The notes under the pieces were generated by a model. The model searched no databases and was not told the DNA's origin. It worked only from the letters and a program-made list of their open reading frames with translations. Shown piece by piece: positions 31,654 through 34,098 of a stretch of DNA of 34,098 nt. Positions within the stretch are counted from its first letter, which is position 1, and every line of letters starts with the position of its first letter. The translations under genes and the position numbers were made by a program. Origin of the DNA: a virus; the IMG/VR virus record IMGVR_UViG_3300017786_000059, positions 1 through 34,098 of that record. One strand, given 5' to 3'.

Positions 31654-32612
31654 TATCCGTTCCTCGATTTAACGGCGAGCTCTTTTAGCTTGCCCTTGTA
31701 AGCATCAGCAACAATCTGCTTGATGTTCTCTGGCATTTTGTCGATGCCTTCCTGGTTTGCTTCCTTTAGCTGTTTGAGTAATGACATTCTATCCCGGGCG
31801 TTTATCGGGTTGCCTTGCGCGTCAAGCTCGGCTGCAGCTGCCTTCTCAAACATCATAATCATTTGGTTTCCGTATGCCTCAACGTCCTCTGATTCGAAGA
31901 TAAGCGAACCCTGGCGCCCAACCAAGCGGTAGTTATATGCCGGTTGCTGGGGCTCTGGCGGCACCTCGGCCTCCTCTATCACATCAATAGCATCTTCCAC
32001 CACCAGCTCGACATCCCCGCTCTCAGGCGCCTTTATATCGTCCAGCTGGTTCTTTGGCGGGTCATCCGGGGTGATGTTCTTTGGCGGCGGGATATCTTGC
32101 GCCTCTTCTTGAGTGATAATCCCCTTCATTGCATCCGGGAAAGCATCGCGGATAGCAAACCCCCTAGCACGCATGGCAAGCATCCGCTCCGGGTACTGTG
32201 TCCAGGGGCCTTGCTTGCCCCAAAGCCTTGCCTTCTTGGCATTAGCAACAGAAAAAGTTTTTGTTGTTTCCTCTATCTGTCCGTCAGGATAAGCACGTTT
32301 TACGGTGCAGCTGGCAACCATGCTTTCGCCTTCGCCTTCCACCTTTTCGGTTACGCCCCGGCAATCAGGGTGCGCTTTTACCAGGGCAAGCGCAGCATCC
32401 CCCCAGATGCTAGGCTTACCATTGATAACGGCTATGTTCTGCAGCGCTTGCATCGGCTGCAGCCCTACTTCAAATCCCCATTGCATTGCGACCAGGCAAT
32501 CTTGTGGCTTGCCCTTAAAGTTGTTAGGCACCATGCCGGACTGCGCCAGCATCTTGGAAAACTCCATTGCCTCGGTCATGTTTTGCGGGGTGAGCGTTAA
32601 ACTTTTCGACAT
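31653..32612 (-). CDS. recT: RecT-family single-strand annealing recombinase
   Basis: ...VAMQWGFEVGLQPMQALQNIAVINGKPSIWGDAA...GPWTQYPERMLAMRARGFAIRDAFPDAMKG is the RecT signature. Start is placed at the second ATG (GGAGGA SD; TAATG overlap). Confidence 0.9.
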   Translation of the reverse strand: MSKSLTLTPQNMTEAMEFSKMLAQSGMVPNNFKGKPQDCLVAMQWGFEVGLQPMQALQNIAVINGKPSIWGDAALALVKAHPDCRGVTEKVEGEGESMVASCTVKRAYPDGQIEETTKTFSVANAKKARLWGKQGPWTQYPERMLAMRARGFAIRDAFPDAMKGIITQEEAQDIPPPKNITPDDPPKNQLDDIKAPESGDVELVVEDAIDVIEEAEVPPEPQQPAYNYRLVGRQGSLIFESEDVEAYGNQMIMMFEKAAAAELDAQGNPINARDRMSLLKQLKEANQEGIDKMPENIKQIVADAYKGKLKELAVKSRNG

Positions 32613-32827
32613 TATTTTTTCCTCCATACCCGGTAGCTATCACCTTCCCGCCGGCTGATTGCCAGGCCGCCGCTCTGTTTGATTGCCGCAAACAGGCCAT
32701 TCTTTTTGGTGCCATTCGATACCAGGACGCTATCTCCTGGCTTCATCTTGGCAGCTATTTCTTGCCACTTGCCGGCACGCTGCCGGCTTGGCATTGGCAC
32801 GTTCTTTTCAATTTTAATTTTATCCAT
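32612..32827 (-). CDS. Small hypothetical protein (71 aa) between exonuclease and RecT
   Basis: MDKIKIEKNVPMPSRQRAGKWQEIAAKMKPGDSVLVS...SYRVWRKK. Only the C-terminal 71 codons of track ORF 32612-33112 lie outside the exonuclease gene. GGAG SD and ATGGATAA overlap. Confidence 0.65.
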   Translation of the reverse strand: MDKIKIEKNVPMPSRQRAGKWQEIAAKMKPGDSVLVSNGTKKNGLFAAIKQSGGLAISRREGDSYRVWRKK

Positions 32828-33824
32828 CGTTTTGCTCCTTGATGCTGATGGTTTTTTGTCTGACAGATTTTGCTTCTGTCGCTGGTTTGATGATGGTGCT
32901 GCACGTTGCGCAGCGTTCAGCCGGCTTTGCTTTATAGTTTCTGACCGGCCAGCTGACTTGGTAGAGGGTGTTGCCGGCGATGATTTTCCCCCGGCTGTTT
33001 TCTCCAAGCGCTGCCATGAGCTGCGTTTGAGTTGCTGCTTTGATTTCTTCTGCGCCTTTGATTGCGTCCAGGGCAGCCTGGTAATTTCGTACAGCTTCTG
33101 CAAGGTCTGCATCTAACTCTATCTCCTCTTCTATATCTTTCGGCGCCGGGTGCAGCTTGGCTGCTTCCTCTGCTGTTCTGGGTTCCGGCCAGGTTCCGTC
33201 TGCCATGTGGCGCTCAAAGTCCTGAACGGCACGTTGGATAGCGGTTTGCGTATCCCGGTGCCGCATATAAATGTGAGCTGTCAGTTTGCGCCCGCCGTAG
33301 TTTGTAAAGATTATACCCACTTCAGCAGCGTGGCACATCATGCCAGCTTGCACCTGGATTGGCCCCCGGTACAGTGGCGGGTCATCTTCCCGCTGCGCTG
33401 TAGTGGTGAACTTCGCTTCCAGAACCACCCGGCCGCTAGCCTCCAGCTCCCCGCTGCGTGTCATAACATAAATGCCAGCAGCTTCGTCTGTCCTAAACGT
33501 GATGGGTTCATCATCTGGGATGTAATGCAGCCCATCATCAGAATAATACAGCTCCATTCTCGGGTGCTTCTTTGCTTCTTTGTGGCTGTGGGTGCCGATC
33601 TCTGCCGGGTCTAATCCGACCAGGCGGCAGCCTCGCTCCAGAGTAACATCCTCTGTCGCGTCTCCCATGTCCACTTGCAAGCTATCCAGCTCCGGCCGGG
33701 CCTTACCTTCCAGGCTTTCCCTGGCACGCAGCAGCACATCATAGGCGTCTTGCCAGGGGCTAAAGCCCATGTAAGCGGCCAACGCGCTGCCAGACAAGTG
33801 ATTATCAGGCGATAGCTTAGCCAT
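32820..33824 (-). CDS. YqaJ / lambda-exonuclease-like PD-(D/E)XK recombination exonuclease
   Basis: GSALAAYMGFSPWQDAYDV..., ...VLEAKFT... (ExK), ...YRGPIQVQAGMM.... Paired with RecT. Confidence 0.85.
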   Translation of the reverse strand: MAKLSPDNHLSGSALAAYMGFSPWQDAYDVLLRARESLEGKARPELDSLQVDMGDATEDVTLERGCRLVGLDPAEIGTHSHKEAKKHPRMELYYSDDGLHYIPDDEPITFRTDEAAGIYVMTRSGELEASGRVVLEAKFTTTAQREDDPPLYRGPIQVQAGMMCHAAEVGIIFTNYGGRKLTAHIYMRHRDTQTAIQRAVQDFERHMADGTWPEPRTAEEAAKLHPAPKDIEEEIELDADLAEAVRNYQAALDAIKGAEEIKAATQTQLMAALGENSRGKIIAGNTLYQVSWPVRNYKAKPAERCATCSTIIKPATEAKSVRQKTISIKEQNDG

Positions 33825-34098
33825 TTAAAAACTCCTTCCCTGCCTGGGTTATCTGCCAGACAATCTCCCGGCGCTTACGCTGGTTCAGTAATCTTTCCCC
33901 GGTATCTTCTACCAGGCCATAGCGCGTGAGCTCTGTGATGCGAGGCTTCACACTATACAGCCATTCATCCATGCCATCAGCCACTTGCTCCCCGGTGGCT
34001 GCTCCATACTGTGACAGATGCCGCAGCACTTTCAGGCGCAGCCCGGTTACACGCGGCGCCACCTTCTCCGCTGCTTCAACCTCAGTATCTGCAGCGCC
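33817..34098 (-). CDS. Winged-helix (MarR-like) DNA-binding protein; the ORF runs off the window edge and continues across the circle junction to a start at 156 (or 273)
   Basis: LKVLRHLSQYGAATGEQVADGMDEWLYSVKPRITELTRYGLVEDTGERLLNQRKRREIVWQIT is wHTH-like. The frame stays open through 34098, which is equivalent to position 123. Confidence 0.75.
   Translation of the reverse strand, partial: GAADTEVEAAEKVAPRVTGLRLKVLRHLSQYGAATGEQVADGMDEWLYSVKPRITELTRYGLVEDTGERLLNQRKRREIVWQITQAGKEFLNG
33976..34098. repeat. Terminal direct repeat, copy 2 (identical to 1-123)
   Basis: Exact 123-nt identity with the window start. Unique genome length is therefore 33,975 bp. Confidence 0.95.

Noticed and set aside
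32828-33112. The N-terminal 95 codons of track ORF 32612-33112(-).
   Set aside because: This part lies entirely within the exonuclease gene in another frame and is K/S/Q/R-rich. Only the last 71 codons, from ATG 32827 with an SD, are taken as a gene.
1-34098. tRNA, rRNA, CRISPR array, integrase/attP, or toxin-antitoxin pair.
   Set aside because: No cloverleaf-capable segments appear in the few non-coding gaps. There are no spaced direct-repeat arrays, no recombinase motifs, and no small two-gene TA-like cassette. The zeta-like domain is part of a 1276-aa structural protein and has no adjacent antitoxin.

Overview
The window is a complete tailed-phage genome. Bases 1-123 recur exactly at 33976-34098, so the unique sequence is 33,975 bp and closes into a circle. 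The repeat lies inside a gene, so I read it as an assembly overlap of a circular or circularly permuted molecule, not a true terminal repeat. The virion module is T7-supergroup-like: gp8-like portal, scaffold, capsid, tubular proteins A and B, four internal/ejection proteins and several fibres. I see no RNA polymerase, DNA polymerase, helicase or integrase, and no tRNA, rRNA or CRISPR array. Two transcription units diverge from a ~100-bp control region at 1862-1964. The rightward ~29-kb unit runs RHH regulator, RusA, replication initiator with an embedded iteron origin, terminase, head, tail, ejection proteins, fibres, membrane/lysis genes and an M15 endolysin. The leftward ~5-kb unit is tightly translationally coupled and crosses the circle junction: acidic CxxC protein, unknowns, putative lipoprotein, wHTH protein, YqaJ-like exonuclease, RecT and a LexA DNA-binding-domain-only protein. 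Most worth following up: (1) a 1276-aa internal virion protein with a ParB-like domain and a zeta-toxin-like P-loop kinase domain, which would be a virion-delivered effector; (2) a lambda-style origin of four 19-bp dyad iterons plus an AT-rich tract inside the initiator gene; (3) a compact control region with overlapping face-to-face promoters and an RHH gene; (4) a LexA N-terminal-domain-only protein; (5) a small protein ending in an SSB-like acidic tip (LDDEINF); (6) a multi-fibre cassette with a sharp compositional break inside one fibre gene. All functional calls come from reading motifs by eye. No database search was run.
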